From NCBI GenBank assembly GCA_041497895.1, contig JBGQHJ010000083.1, positions 1 to 22,083 of the forward strand: DNA of 22,083 nt. The letters run 5' to 3'. The notes under the pieces were generated by a model, which worked only from the letters and a program-made list of their open reading frames with translations, ran no database searches and was not told where the DNA came from. This DNA comes from Candidatus Methylomirabilia bacterium. Its GTDB lineage: Bacteria > Methylomirabilota > Methylomirabilia > Rokubacteriales > CSP1-6. Positions 9,520 through 18,164 of this stretch are shown in pieces. Both the position numbers and the translations under genes were made by a program. Position 1 is the stretch's first letter, and the number at the start of each line of letters is the position of its first letter.

Positions 9520-11019
9520 CTACTGCCGCGTCCTGCCCCCCAGCATCCGGGCCAGCACGTTGCGCGTGATCCGCTGCGCCGCCGCGCTCACGCGGTCGGT
9601 GTGCAGGCGCGGAGCGTTGTAGCCGTCGAGCCCCCAGTTCCAGAACATCGAGCCGGTCGCGAACACGAGGGCGCTGGCGGGCGACTCGTGGATGGTCATG
9701 TCCGCGTACTGGATCTCGCCGGCAGCCCGCGTGAACCGCGAGTGCGCGAGCCGGTGGAGACCCGGCGGGCTTCCCGCCGCCACCGCGTCCACCTCGTAGC
9801 CGAGGAGCCCGGGCAGGAGGCTGCCCTTCCGGAGTCCGGTTCCCTCGAACGCCCAGTGATCCGCCTCGTCGACGACGACGTCGCCGTCGACCGGATCCGC
9901 CAGGTACATGACCCCGATCAGGGCCGCCTCCGGTCGAGAGGCCGGCGCGTCGCGCCAGCGGCCGGTGGCCAGGCGCGCCCGCGCCGGCCCGGGATCGGCG
10001 GCGAGCGGATCCGAGGCGACGGCGTCCTTGTAGGCCACGACCGTGCGATCCGGGGCGCCGGCGGCGTCGGGCTCGAAGCGGATCTGCCAGAAGCAGGCGT
10101 TTGCGCCCAGGAACGCCAGATGGACACCGCGGTCCCGGGCGGCCTCGACGTGCTCGCGCATCGCCCACGACCAGTACTCGTCGTGGCCGACCGACAGGAA
10201 CACGCGGTGGCGGAGGAGGAGCTCGGCCCGCTGATGCGTGTCGACGTCGGTGGTGTACGCGATGTCGTAGCCCTCGCGCTCGAGCCAGCGGAGGGCGTTG
10301 TACTCCCAGCGCCGCAGGAAATCGCCCGCCCCGTCGAGGCGCACCCCGTACGGGTTCATCGCGTAAGGTCGATCGAAGGAGACCTTGCGCGCGGGCGTGC
10401 CCCCGCTGTTGAAGGCGTAGAGCGAGCGCCCGGCCCAGTTGTTGTAGGCGGCGAACGTGGTCACGCTCGACTGGAAGAGGAGGGCCGACCGGCGGTCGTC
10501 GTCCCGCACCACGAACACGATGTAGGCCTGCCGACCCGACGGGCTCGCGGTCAGCCGCGCCAGATAGACGCCGCTCGGCCACGGCCCGCCGGCATCCGCG
10601 GTCACCACCCGGTACGGCTCGCGCCAGCGGCACTCCACGAGGCCGGTGGCAGGCTCGGGCGCCGGCGTCACCTGTCGGATGCCGGGTCGCGTGACCGGGC
10701 CCGCTACCCGGCGGGCGCCCGCGCCGCCGTACCAGCCCATGCGGAAGACGTCGATCGCGTAGCCGGGATCGACGGTGGACACGAAGAGCTCGATGACCTC
10801 GCCCCGGTTGACGCTGGTGGCCGACGCGTAGCCCTCGATCTCACGGTCGTCGGCGGGCGCGGTGATCTCCCAGTCCGGCGAGCCCTGGCGCTGGTTCTCC
10901 AGCCGGGTCGGGTTGGGCGCCGCGGGGCCGACGCCCGGGATCGAGAGATGGCCACCGTCGCAGCCGACCAGCACCAGCGCGACGAGCGAGATGGCGAGGC
11001 CGGCGACGGTGCGGCTCAC
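9520..11019 (-). CDS. N,N-dimethylformamidase beta-subunit-like (DUF6605-type) lipoprotein
   Basis: The likely start is GTG 11019 (GTGA overlap). Lipobox LVGC follows a hydrophobic stretch. Motifs: ENQRQGSPDW, IEGYASATSV, FRMGWYGGAGAR, WPSGVYLARL, AYNNWAGRSLY, VSFDRPY, SVGHDEYWS, GYEVD. Confidence 0.82.
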   Translation of the reverse strand: MSRTVAGLAISLVALVLVGCDGGHLSIPGVGPAAPNPTRLENQRQGSPDWEITAPADDREIEGYASATSVNRGEVIELFVSTVDPGYAIDVFRMGWYGGAGARRVAGPVTRPGIRQVTPAPEPATGLVECRWREPYRVVTADAGGPWPSGVYLARLTASPSGRQAYIVFVVRDDDRRSALLFQSSVTTFAAYNNWAGRSLYAFNSGGTPARKVSFDRPYAMNPYGVRLDGAGDFLRRWEYNALRWLEREGYDIAYTTDVDTHQRAELLLRHRVFLSVGHDEYWSWAMREHVEAARDRGVHLAFLGANACFWQIRFEPDAAGAPDRTVVAYKDAVASDPLAADPGPARARLATGRWRDAPASRPEAALIGVMYLADPVDGDVVVDEADHWAFEGTGLRKGSLLPGLLGYEVDAVAAGSPPGLHRLAHSRFTRAAGEIQYADMTIHESPASALVFATGSMFWNWGLDGYNAPRLHTDRVSAAAQRITRNVLARMLGGRTRQ

Positions 11020-12194
11020 GGGATCGCGGCCTCGGCGTCGTGCTCGAAGAGCCAGCCCCGCGCGGCATAGGGCGCCTCCCGCGCCAGGGCCGCGTACCGC
11101 GCGTCGCGCGCCTCCTGGGCCGGCCCGTCCGGCAGGTGGTAGGTCGTCGCGTTCTCGAACGAGCCCTGCTGCACCCGGGTGGCGCGCGGCCGGCGGAGCG
11201 TCTCGTAGCGAGCGAGCCGCTCCGGGACGTCGGAGGCCCGCACGTCCCCCAGCAGGCGGGCGAGTGTCGCCGCGTCCTCGATGGCCTGGCAGGCGCCCTG
11301 GGCCAGGAAGGGCAGCATCGGGTGCGCCGCGTCGCCCATCAGCGTGATCCGGCCCGCCGACCAGCGCGGCAGGGGCGTGCGGTCGTAGAGGGCCCAGCGG
11401 TGGGTCAGGTCGGCGGCCGCGATGATCGCGCGCACCGTCGGATGGAAGCCGGCGAACTCCGCGAGGGCGTCCGCGAGCCGGCCCTCGGCCGACCACGATT
11501 CGATGCGCCAGCCCCCGGCGGGGCACACCCCGACGAAGTTCATGAGGCGCGCCCCCGCGACGTAGTAGTGGACGAAGTGGCGCTCCGGCCCGAGCCACGC
11601 GTAGCCCTGTCGGGGCAGGTCGAGATGGGCCAGACGCTCGACCGGGACGAGGCCGCGGTAGGCGGTGCTCCCCGAGAAGCGCGGCGACTCGGGCCCGAAG
11701 AGCGCTTCCCGCACCGTGGAGTGGATGCCGTCCGCGCCGAGCGCCACGTCCGCGCGGGCGGTGGAGCCGTCGTCGAAGCGGAGCCGGACGCCGTCGGCGG
11801 CCTCGGTGATCGCGGTGACGCGGTGGCCGAGACGGAGCACGTCGTCCGGCAGCGCGCCCGCGAGGACCGCGAGGAGATCGGGACGGTAGAGGTGATAGTA
11901 GGGGGCCCCGAAGCGCTCCTCGATCACCGCGCCCAGGGGCTGGCTCCAGAGCACGCGCCCGTCGTCCCAGCGGCGGAGCTCGGAGCGCGCCGGTTTCACC
12001 GCCACCCGGGCGAGCGCGTCCTCGAGCCCGAGCCGGTGGAGCAGGCGCGTGGCGTTCGGCGCGAGCTGGATGCCCGCGCCCACCTCGCGCAGGACGGGAG
12101 CCTGCTCGAAGACGCGCACCCCGAGCCCGGCCCGCGCCAGGGCGAGGGCCGCCGTCAGGCCGCCGATACCCGCGCCGATCACCGCCGCTTCCAT
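11016..12194 (-). CDS. Group A FAD-dependent aromatic monooxygenase (salicylate hydroxylase/NicC-like)
   Basis: VIGAGIGGL, EVGAGIQL, GADGIHS (DG motif) and LMGDAAHPMLPFLAQGACQAIEDA (GD motif). ATG 12194 has a GGGAG ribosome-binding site. Confidence 0.9.
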   Translation of the reverse strand: MEAAVIGAGIGGLTAALALARAGLGVRVFEQAPVLREVGAGIQLAPNATRLLHRLGLEDALARVAVKPARSELRRWDDGRVLWSQPLGAVIEERFGAPYYHLYRPDLLAVLAGALPDDVLRLGHRVTAITEAADGVRLRFDDGSTARADVALGADGIHSTVREALFGPESPRFSGSTAYRGLVPVERLAHLDLPRQGYAWLGPERHFVHYYVAGARLMNFVGVCPAGGWRIESWSAEGRLADALAEFAGFHPTVRAIIAAADLTHRWALYDRTPLPRWSAGRITLMGDAAHPMLPFLAQGACQAIEDAATLARLLGDVRASDVPERLARYETLRRPRATRVQQGSFENATTYHLPDGPAQEARDARYAALAREAPYAARGWLFEHDAEAAIP

Positions 12195-12203
12195 CGATGC
12201 TCC

Positions 12204-12233
12204 CGTCGCCCCTCCATCGTCGCCCCTCCATCG
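12204..12233. repeat. Exact 14-bp tandem duplication upstream of the monooxygenase
   Basis: CGTCGCCCCTCCAT occurs at 12204-12217 and 12218-12231, followed by CG. Confidence 0.85.
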
Positions 12234-12347
12234 CCGAATGGTCTCACAGGGGTGGCCCGCGACGTGGTAGACCGCCGGGCCCGCGACCACCGATACGCGG
12301 CGCCTCGCGCGCGCGCTCGAGACCGGTAGGGGTCGCGGTCGGCCCGA

Positions 12348-14015
12348 TCAGGCCTGGCCGTCGCTCCGGGGTGCCGGGATCAGCCGGCGGCGCGCGCGCC
12401 GGACACGGTCCACGAGGGCCGGCCCGGCGAGGGATCCGGCGAGCGCCGAGAGCAACGGCCTCCGCAGGAGCATCCGCGGATCGCGGGTGAGACAATGCCC
12501 GGCCAGGGTCCGGACCAGGGGCGCGTCGAGACCGGGGCGCAGCCCCTGCTCGAGCGCCGCGCGCAGCGTGAACGTGAGCGTATCGTCGACGTGGTGCCGC
12601 GTCGAGAGCGTCACCGAGAAATCCCGGATGGGTCCCGGCAGCGGGGCCACGCCGACCGGCGGATGGAGGCGATGGCGCTCCGGCAGCGCTCGCTCGGCGG
12701 CCATCAGGTGGCTCACCCAGCCGTCCGCACCGTGATGGGTCTCGATGGCCCGGGCCAGCGCCGCGCCCTCGGCCGCCCGCGCCCCGAGATCATCGACCAG
12801 GGCGAGGGCGGCGCCCACGTACCCGGCGACGTCGGGAGGCTGCTCGAGCCCGAGGACCGCGACGCCGTCGATCGCGAACGGGGGTGGCACGTCGACCGGA
12901 GCGCGGACGCAGGGCAGGCCCCGGAGGCCCGCCTCGAGGAACGCGGTCGGCGAGCCGATCGGGAAGCCCTCGAGGTAGACGTCGGCCGCGGCGTGGAAGA
13001 GGGCCAGGTCGTGCCGGGGTCCGGTCGCGAGCGCGCGCCGGCCGCTCGCGTCGCGCAGGGCGCGCCAGCGGGCGTCCTCGCGCGGACCGACCGCGAGCAG
13101 GTGCGCGCGGGGGCGGGCGCGGAGAATGGCGGCCGCCGCGCCGAGGAAGTCGAGGCCCGGCAGCGGGCGATACTTGTAGGCGTGGCCGATGGTCAGCAGC
13201 ACGACCGCGTCGGCCGGGAGCCCGAGCGCTCGGCGCGCCGCCGCGCGGGTCTCGCTCTCGCGGGGGCGCGGGACGGGGATCGGCAGGAGCGCGTTCCGCG
13301 TGATGCCGCGATACGCGCGGGTCCAGTCGAGCGCCGAGTCCCGGAGGCTCAGCACCAGGTCGGCGATCGAGCCGCCCACCCAGAACGTCTGGCTCAGGTG
13401 GTTGAGGAGCATGACCGGTGGTCCGCCCGCCACGCCCAGGGCGACGACCGGCAGGACGCTCCAGGGATGGACGTGGAGCACGACGCGATCGGCGTGGCGC
13501 CGGGCCTCCTGTCGGAGGCGGAGGGCCCGGTCGACCAGCGGAGCCCCGGGGTCGAGAGCGGCGACGTCGCCGCCGGCGGCCTGCATCGCCTCGACGAGTC
13601 GCGGGTGGATCGCGCCGCGCTGGGAGAGGAGCAGCACGCGGTGGCGGTCTCCCCTCCGGTCCAGCTCGGTCCAGCGCTCCACGAGGGCGGTGTGGCCCCC
13701 GAGCGCGTAGGCCTGGTCCATGACGTGGAGCCATCGGGTCGGGCCCGACCACGGGACGGGGTGATCGGGCACGGGCAGGCGCTCGGCCGCCTCGAGCAAG
13801 GTCTCCTCGAGCGCCGCCGAGGCCAGCCAGCCGAACCCGTGGTGCACCGCCGAGCGGGCGGCGAGCAGGCTCCACGCGAGCGCGGGCTCGAGGGCCTGGC
13901 GGGCGAGTTCGCGCCGGGCGTTTCGCAAGCACCAGTCGAAGACGGCCTCGTTCAGGGCGAGGCGAGTGGACGCGATGGCCCGGCGCGCGCGAAGGTCCGA
14001 GAGGGTGTCCGGCAT
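12348..14015 (-). CDS. GT-B fold glycosyltransferase
   Basis: HVMDQAYALGGH N-terminal motif, ARRALGLPADAVVLLTIG, and donor-binding AADVYLEGFPIGSPTAFLEAGLRGLP. Confidence 0.78.
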   Translation of the reverse strand: MPDTLSDLRARRAIASTRLALNEAVFDWCLRNARRELARQALEPALAWSLLAARSAVHHGFGWLASAALEETLLEAAERLPVPDHPVPWSGPTRWLHVMDQAYALGGHTALVERWTELDRRGDRHRVLLLSQRGAIHPRLVEAMQAAGGDVAALDPGAPLVDRALRLRQEARRHADRVVLHVHPWSVLPVVALGVAGGPPVMLLNHLSQTFWVGGSIADLVLSLRDSALDWTRAYRGITRNALLPIPVPRPRESETRAAARRALGLPADAVVLLTIGHAYKYRPLPGLDFLGAAAAILRARPRAHLLAVGPREDARWRALRDASGRRALATGPRHDLALFHAAADVYLEGFPIGSPTAFLEAGLRGLPCVRAPVDVPPPFAIDGVAVLGLEQPPDVAGYVGAALALVDDLGARAAEGAALARAIETHHGADGWVSHLMAAERALPERHRLHPPVGVAPLPGPIRDFSVTLSTRHHVDDTLTFTLRAALEQGLRPGLDAPLVRTLAGHCLTRDPRMLLRRPLLSALAGSLAGPALVDRVRRARRRLIPAPRSDGQA

Positions 14016-14019
14016 CCGG

Positions 14020-14667
14020 CTAGCGGCCTTCCACGCGCTCCCGGGTGATGCGGGCGGGCACGCCCATGACCTCGACGTGGTCCGGCACGTGCCGCGTGAC
14101 CAGCGAGCCCGCGCCGATCACCGCGCCGCGCCCGACCGTGAGGGAGTCGAGCACGATCGCGCCCATGCCCACGTAGGTTCCATCGCCGATGGTGACGCGG
14201 CCGGCGATGTTGGAGCCCGGGGAGATCGTCACGCCGTCACCGATCGTGGTGTGGTGACCGATCAGGCTGCCCCGGTTCACGATCACGTGCCGGCCGATCG
14301 TGGTGTGCGCGGCGATCATCACCCCGGCACTCACGATGGTGCCCGAGCCGAGCGTGGAGGTGCGGGATACCCGCGCGGTCGGGTGACGGATGGTGGCGAA
14401 GCGGAAGCCGAGGGCCTCGACCTGCCCGATGAACCCGGTGCGACGGGTCGTGCCGATCGCGCAGACCGCAGCGTGGCTCGCGGCGAGCGGCGCCAGATCG
14501 TCGACCCAGATGACCGGGAGGCCCAGGAGGGGCCGCTCGCAGCGGGAGCGCTCCCAGTTCTCGCCGAAGGCGGTCAGCTCGAATTCGGGGCAGTCACTGA
14601 CGAGATCGGCGACTTCCTCGGCGAAGACGCGGCTGCCCAGGACGATGAGCTTCTGTGCGGCGCTCAA
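14020..14667 (-). CDS. NeuD/PglD-family sugar acetyltransferase (hexapeptide repeat)
   Basis: KLIVLGS, CAIG, FATIRHP, left-handed beta-helix hexapeptides with LIGHH, and GVPAR at the C-terminus. The TTG 14667 start is inferred from the family N-terminus and the promoter position. Confidence 0.85.
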   Translation of the reverse strand: MSAAQKLIVLGSRVFAEEVADLVSDCPEFELTAFGENWERSRCERPLLGLPVIWVDDLAPLAASHAAVCAIGTTRRTGFIGQVEALGFRFATIRHPTARVSRTSTLGSGTIVSAGVMIAAHTTIGRHVIVNRGSLIGHHTTIGDGVTISPGSNIAGRVTIGDGTYVGMGAIVLDSLTVGRGAVIGAGSLVTRHVPDHVEVMGVPARITRERVEGR

Positions 14668-14679
14668 GGTGTGCGGGGA

Positions 14680-14736
14680 AGCGTAGCGCGTGGGCTCCGA
14701 CGAAGTCAACCGCGCTCCCGGCGCCGGTGCTAGGAT
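14680..14736. promoter_or_regulatory. Divergent promoters for the acetyltransferase and HpaB-like operons
   Basis: Minus strand: TTGACT (14709-14704), 18-nt spacer, TACGCT (14685-14680). Plus strand: extended -10 TGc-TAGGAT (14728-14736). Confidence 0.5.
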
Positions 14737-14752
14737 GGGCGCCCAGACCGCC

Positions 14753-16189
14753 ATGCCGGCACGTACGGGCAAGGAGTTCCTGCAAGGGCTCAAGGACGAG
14801 CGCCAGATCTGGGTGGGCGAGGAGCGCGTGCGCGACGTGGCCGCCCACCCGACCCTGGCCGGCGCGGCCCGCTTCGTGGCGTCGCTCTACGACCTGCAGC
14901 ACGAGGCGGCGCCGACGTGCCTGATGCCGGACCCCGAGACCGGGGAGCCGATCAACGTGAGCCACCTGATCCCCCGCTCGCGCCGGGACCTCGCCCGTCG
15001 CCACGACTGCCTCGAGCGCATCGCGGAGTGGAGCGTGGGGATCATGGGGCGCACGCCCGATTACATGAACGTGACCTTCGCCGGCTTCGCCGGACGTCAC
15101 GACGAGTGGTCGATCGACCGCAACGAGGCGGGGGCGGCCAACCTGGTCGCCTACCAGAAGCTTCTCGCGCGGCGGGACTGGTGCCTGACCCACACCCTGA
15201 TTCATCCGACGGTGGATCGGGCGTGGGGGGACGCGCCCGCCGCCGGCAACGACGTCGCGGTGCACAAAGTCGGCGACACCGCGCGGGGGATCGTGGTGCG
15301 AGGGGCGCGGATCCTGGCCACCCTGGCCCCGTTCGCGGACGAGCTGGCGGTCTACCCGGCCGCCCCGCTGCCGACCGGCGCCGACGCCTACGCGCTGTCG
15401 TTCGCGATCCCGATGGCCACGCCCGGGCTCAAGTTCCTGTGCCGCGACAGCATGAGCGCGCCCGGCGGCCCCGACCACCCGCTCTCGGGCCGCTTCGACG
15501 AGCAGGACGCCTTCGTGATCTTCGACGACGTGGAGGTGCCGCGCGACCGCCTCTTCATCGACTGCAACCTGCCGGTGTACAACACGGTGGTCGCCTCGAG
15601 CTGGCCGCCGAACTTCATGCAGCAGACGTCCATCCGCGCCCAGACCAAGCTCGAGTTCGCGTGGGGCGTCGCCACCCGGATGGTGGAGGCGATCAACGGC
15701 CTCACCCCCGCCGCGAAGGAGATGCTCGGGGAGATGTGGAGCTACGCGGAGCTGACGCGCGCGGCGATCCAGGCCGCCGAGGACGGGGCCCGCGAGTGGG
15801 GCAACGGGGTGTGGTTCCCGGCCGCCGAGCCGTTCCGGGCCCTCCGCGGGCTGCTGCCGCAGTGGTTCCCCCGCGTGAACGAGATCATCCGGCTGCTCGG
15901 CTCTCACAACCTGCTCGCCGCGCCGCCGGTCGCCCAGATGCACGACGCCCTACTGCGCCCGCTGGTCGACCGCTACCTGCGCGGGGCCGGGGACGTCACC
16001 GCGCGGGACCGGGTGCGGATCTTTCGCCTCGCGTGGGACTTCGCGGGCAGCGCGCTCGGCAGCCGGGGCGAGCAGTACGAGCGTTTCTACATCGGCTCGA
16101 GCGGACGCTCGTTCCAGCGCGCCCACACCCTGGCCGCGCCCGAGCGGGCCCGCCGCCTGGTCGACCGCTTCGTGAAGGAGGACCTGTGA
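14753..16189 (+). CDS. 4-hydroxyphenylacetate 3-hydroxylase family oxygenase component (HpaB-like, group D flavin monooxygenase)
   Basis: MPARTGKEFLQGL N-terminus, GRTPDY, THTLIHP, RGARILATLAP, RFDEQDA, FDDVEVP, RLAWD, QYERFY. Confidence 0.9.
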   Translation: MPARTGKEFLQGLKDERQIWVGEERVRDVAAHPTLAGAARFVASLYDLQHEAAPTCLMPDPETGEPINVSHLIPRSRRDLARRHDCLERIAEWSVGIMGRTPDYMNVTFAGFAGRHDEWSIDRNEAGAANLVAYQKLLARRDWCLTHTLIHPTVDRAWGDAPAAGNDVAVHKVGDTARGIVVRGARILATLAPFADELAVYPAAPLPTGADAYALSFAIPMATPGLKFLCRDSMSAPGGPDHPLSGRFDEQDAFVIFDDVEVPRDRLFIDCNLPVYNTVVASSWPPNFMQQTSIRAQTKLEFAWGVATRMVEAINGLTPAAKEMLGEMWSYAELTRAAIQAAEDGAREWGNGVWFPAAEPFRALRGLLPQWFPRVNEIIRLLGSHNLLAAPPVAQMHDALLRPLVDRYLRGAGDVTARDRVRIFRLAWDFAGSALGSRGEQYERFYIGSSGRSFQRAHTLAAPERARRLVDRFVKEDL

Positions 16190-17106
16190 CCCGGCGCCTG
16201 ACCGTGCTGATGCCGTTCCACACCCCGTTCTACACCCCGCTCGCCGCCGGCGTCGCTCTCGGCCACTTCGAGGAGGCGGAGCTCGCGGTGACCGCGGTGC
16301 CCGCCGCCGTCTTCGGCAAGCCGACGATCGACGCGCTCCTGGGCGGCGACATCGAGATCAGCCTCGGCGGGCTCATGCGGAGCTTCGAGCTGGCCGACCG
16401 GACCGGGCAGGTCGTGGTCCATTTCGCCGAGGTGTGCAGCCGGAACGGCTTCTTCCTGCTCGCGCGCGAGCCGCGGCCCTCGTTCCACTGGAAGGACCTC
16501 GTCGGCCGCACCGTGCTCTCGTTCGCCGAGGCGCCGACGCCGTGGCAGTGCATGCTGACGGTGCTCCGGCGCCACGGCGTCGATCCGGCCCAGGTGAGGA
16601 TCGAGCGGCACCGCCCGGGGCCCGAGGCGGTCGCCGCCTTCCTGGCCGGCACCGGCGACTTCCTGGAGCAGCCCCAGCCGGTGATCGAGCGGCTCCTCAC
16701 CGAGGGCCGCGCGCACCTGGTCGCGTCGATGGGCGAAGCGACCGGTCCGGTGCCGTTCTCCTCCTACATGACCACGCCCGCCTTCCTGGCTCGCGAGCCG
16801 GACGTGGTCGAGCGCTTCACCCGGGCGACCTACCGGACGCAGCGCTGGCTCGCGGCGCACGGGGCGGGCGACATCGCGCGGGTGATCGCGCCCGCCTTCC
16901 CGGAGACGGAGGTGCCGCTGCTCGAGCGCGCGGTGGCGCGGTACCAGGGGCAGGGGACCTGGGCCCGCGATCCGCTCCTGCGCCGGGACGGGTACGACTA
17001 CCTCGAGCGCATCCTGCTCGACGGAGCCTTCATCCGACGCGGCCGGCCCTACGAGGATCTCGTCGACACCGCGATCGCCCGCCGGGTGATGGCGGAGCCG
17101 TCGTGA
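16186..17106 (+). CDS. NMT1/THI5-SsuA/TauA-like substrate-binding protein without an evident signal peptide
   Basis: GTG 16186 (GTGA overlap, AAGGAGG upstream). FYTPL..GHFEEAEL, NGFFLLAR, FHWKDLVGRTV, EQP, VASMGEATGPVPFSSY. Confidence 0.8.
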   Translation: MTRRLTVLMPFHTPFYTPLAAGVALGHFEEAELAVTAVPAAVFGKPTIDALLGGDIEISLGGLMRSFELADRTGQVVVHFAEVCSRNGFFLLAREPRPSFHWKDLVGRTVLSFAEAPTPWQCMLTVLRRHGVDPAQVRIERHRPGPEAVAAFLAGTGDFLEQPQPVIERLLTEGRAHLVASMGEATGPVPFSSYMTTPAFLAREPDVVERFTRATYRTQRWLAAHGAGDIARVIAPAFPETEVPLLERAVARYQGQGTWARDPLLRRDGYDYLERILLDGAFIRRGRPYEDLVDTAIARRVMAEPS

Positions 17107-18164
17107 AGTTCGGGATCGGCTTCTTCCCCGACGGCGGCCCGGATCGGATCTCGGCCCGGCGGTACTTCGAGGACGCGCTCGACCTGGCCGAGCGCGCGGA
17201 CGCCCTCGGCTACGACAGCGTGAAGATGGTGGAGCACCACTTCACGTCCTACGGTGGCTACAGCCCGGACCCCTGCGTGTTCCTGGCCGCGTGCGCCCAG
17301 CGGGCGCCGCGCATGCGCCTGGTCACCGGCGCGGTCCTGCCCGCGTTCAATCACCCGCTCAAGCTGGCCGGGCAGCTCGCGATGCTGGACGCGCTCTGCG
17401 GTGGGCGGCTCGACGTCGGGGTGGCGCGGGCGTTCATGCCTTACGAGTTCGACGGCTTCGGCGTCTCGATGGACGAGAGCCGGCCCCGCTTCGAGGAAGG
17501 CATCGAGGCCCTGCGCCGGCTGTGGACCGAGGAGCGGGTGACGTTCGAGGGCCGCTTTCACCGCTTTCGGGACGTGACGGTGCTGCCGCGCCCGACCCAG
17601 GCCCCGCACCCGCCGATCTGGGTGGCCGCGGTGGTGAGTCCCGAGTCGTTCGTGTGGGCGGGTCAGCAGGGCTATCACATGATGGTGGTGCCCTACCTGG
17701 GCGAGCATCACGAGCTGGCCGAGAAGCTCCAGCTCTACCGCCGGGCCTATCGGGAGCACGGTCACGAGGCGACCCGCGGCCCCGGCCTGGTGATGATGGT
17801 GCTCCACCTCTACGTGGCGCCGACCTCGCGGGAGACGCGCGAGGAGGACCGGCCCTACATGGAGCAGTACCTCCGCAACTTCCGCGCCTCGGCGCGGGCG
17901 TGGACCGGCCGGCAGTCGGGCCAGTACAAGGCCTACTCCGGGCTCGAGCAGATGCTGGAGGAGATCACCTACGAGCGGGTGCTCGCCGAGACCCGCGCGA
18001 TCATCGGCGATCCCGAGGACGCGGCCCGGCAGATCCAGTACGTGCGCGACATCTTCGGCGAGGTGCACGCGAGCTTCCAGATCAACTTCGGCGTGATGGA
18101 GGAGCCCCGCGCGCGGCGGAGCATCGAGCTGTTCGCCCGCGATGTGATGCCGCGCTTCCGCTAG
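17103..18164 (+). CDS. Luciferase-like (LLM) flavin-dependent monooxygenase
   Basis: GTG 17103 (GTGA overlap). MKFGI, LGYDSVKMVEHHF..YGGYSP, LDALCGGRLDVGVAR, PRPTQAPHPPIWVA, FARDVMPRF. Confidence 0.9.
   Translation: MKFGIGFFPDGGPDRISARRYFEDALDLAERADALGYDSVKMVEHHFTSYGGYSPDPCVFLAACAQRAPRMRLVTGAVLPAFNHPLKLAGQLAMLDALCGGRLDVGVARAFMPYEFDGFGVSMDESRPRFEEGIEALRRLWTEERVTFEGRFHRFRDVTVLPRPTQAPHPPIWVAAVVSPESFVWAGQQGYHMMVVPYLGEHHELAEKLQLYRRAYREHGHEATRGPGLVMMVLHLYVAPTSRETREEDRPYMEQYLRNFRASARAWTGRQSGQYKAYSGLEQMLEEITYERVLAETRAIIGDPEDAARQIQYVRDIFGEVHASFQINFGVMEEPRARRSIELFARDVMPRFR

Noticed and set aside
7079..10633. 1184-aa minus-strand ORF and similar long Arg/Gly/Pro-rich ORFs (1309-2778, 9601-11070, 17049-19223, 17291-20251)
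   Set aside because: Stop-poor alternative frames typical of very high GC DNA; they overlap genes with clear family motifs.
11020..12231. Apparent 903-aa fusion upstream of the dimethylformamidase-like gene
   Set aside because: Low-complexity off-frame reading of the monooxygenase; a lipoprotein signal begins at GTG 11019. The same applies to the extended ORFs starting at 6737, 14917 and 16434.
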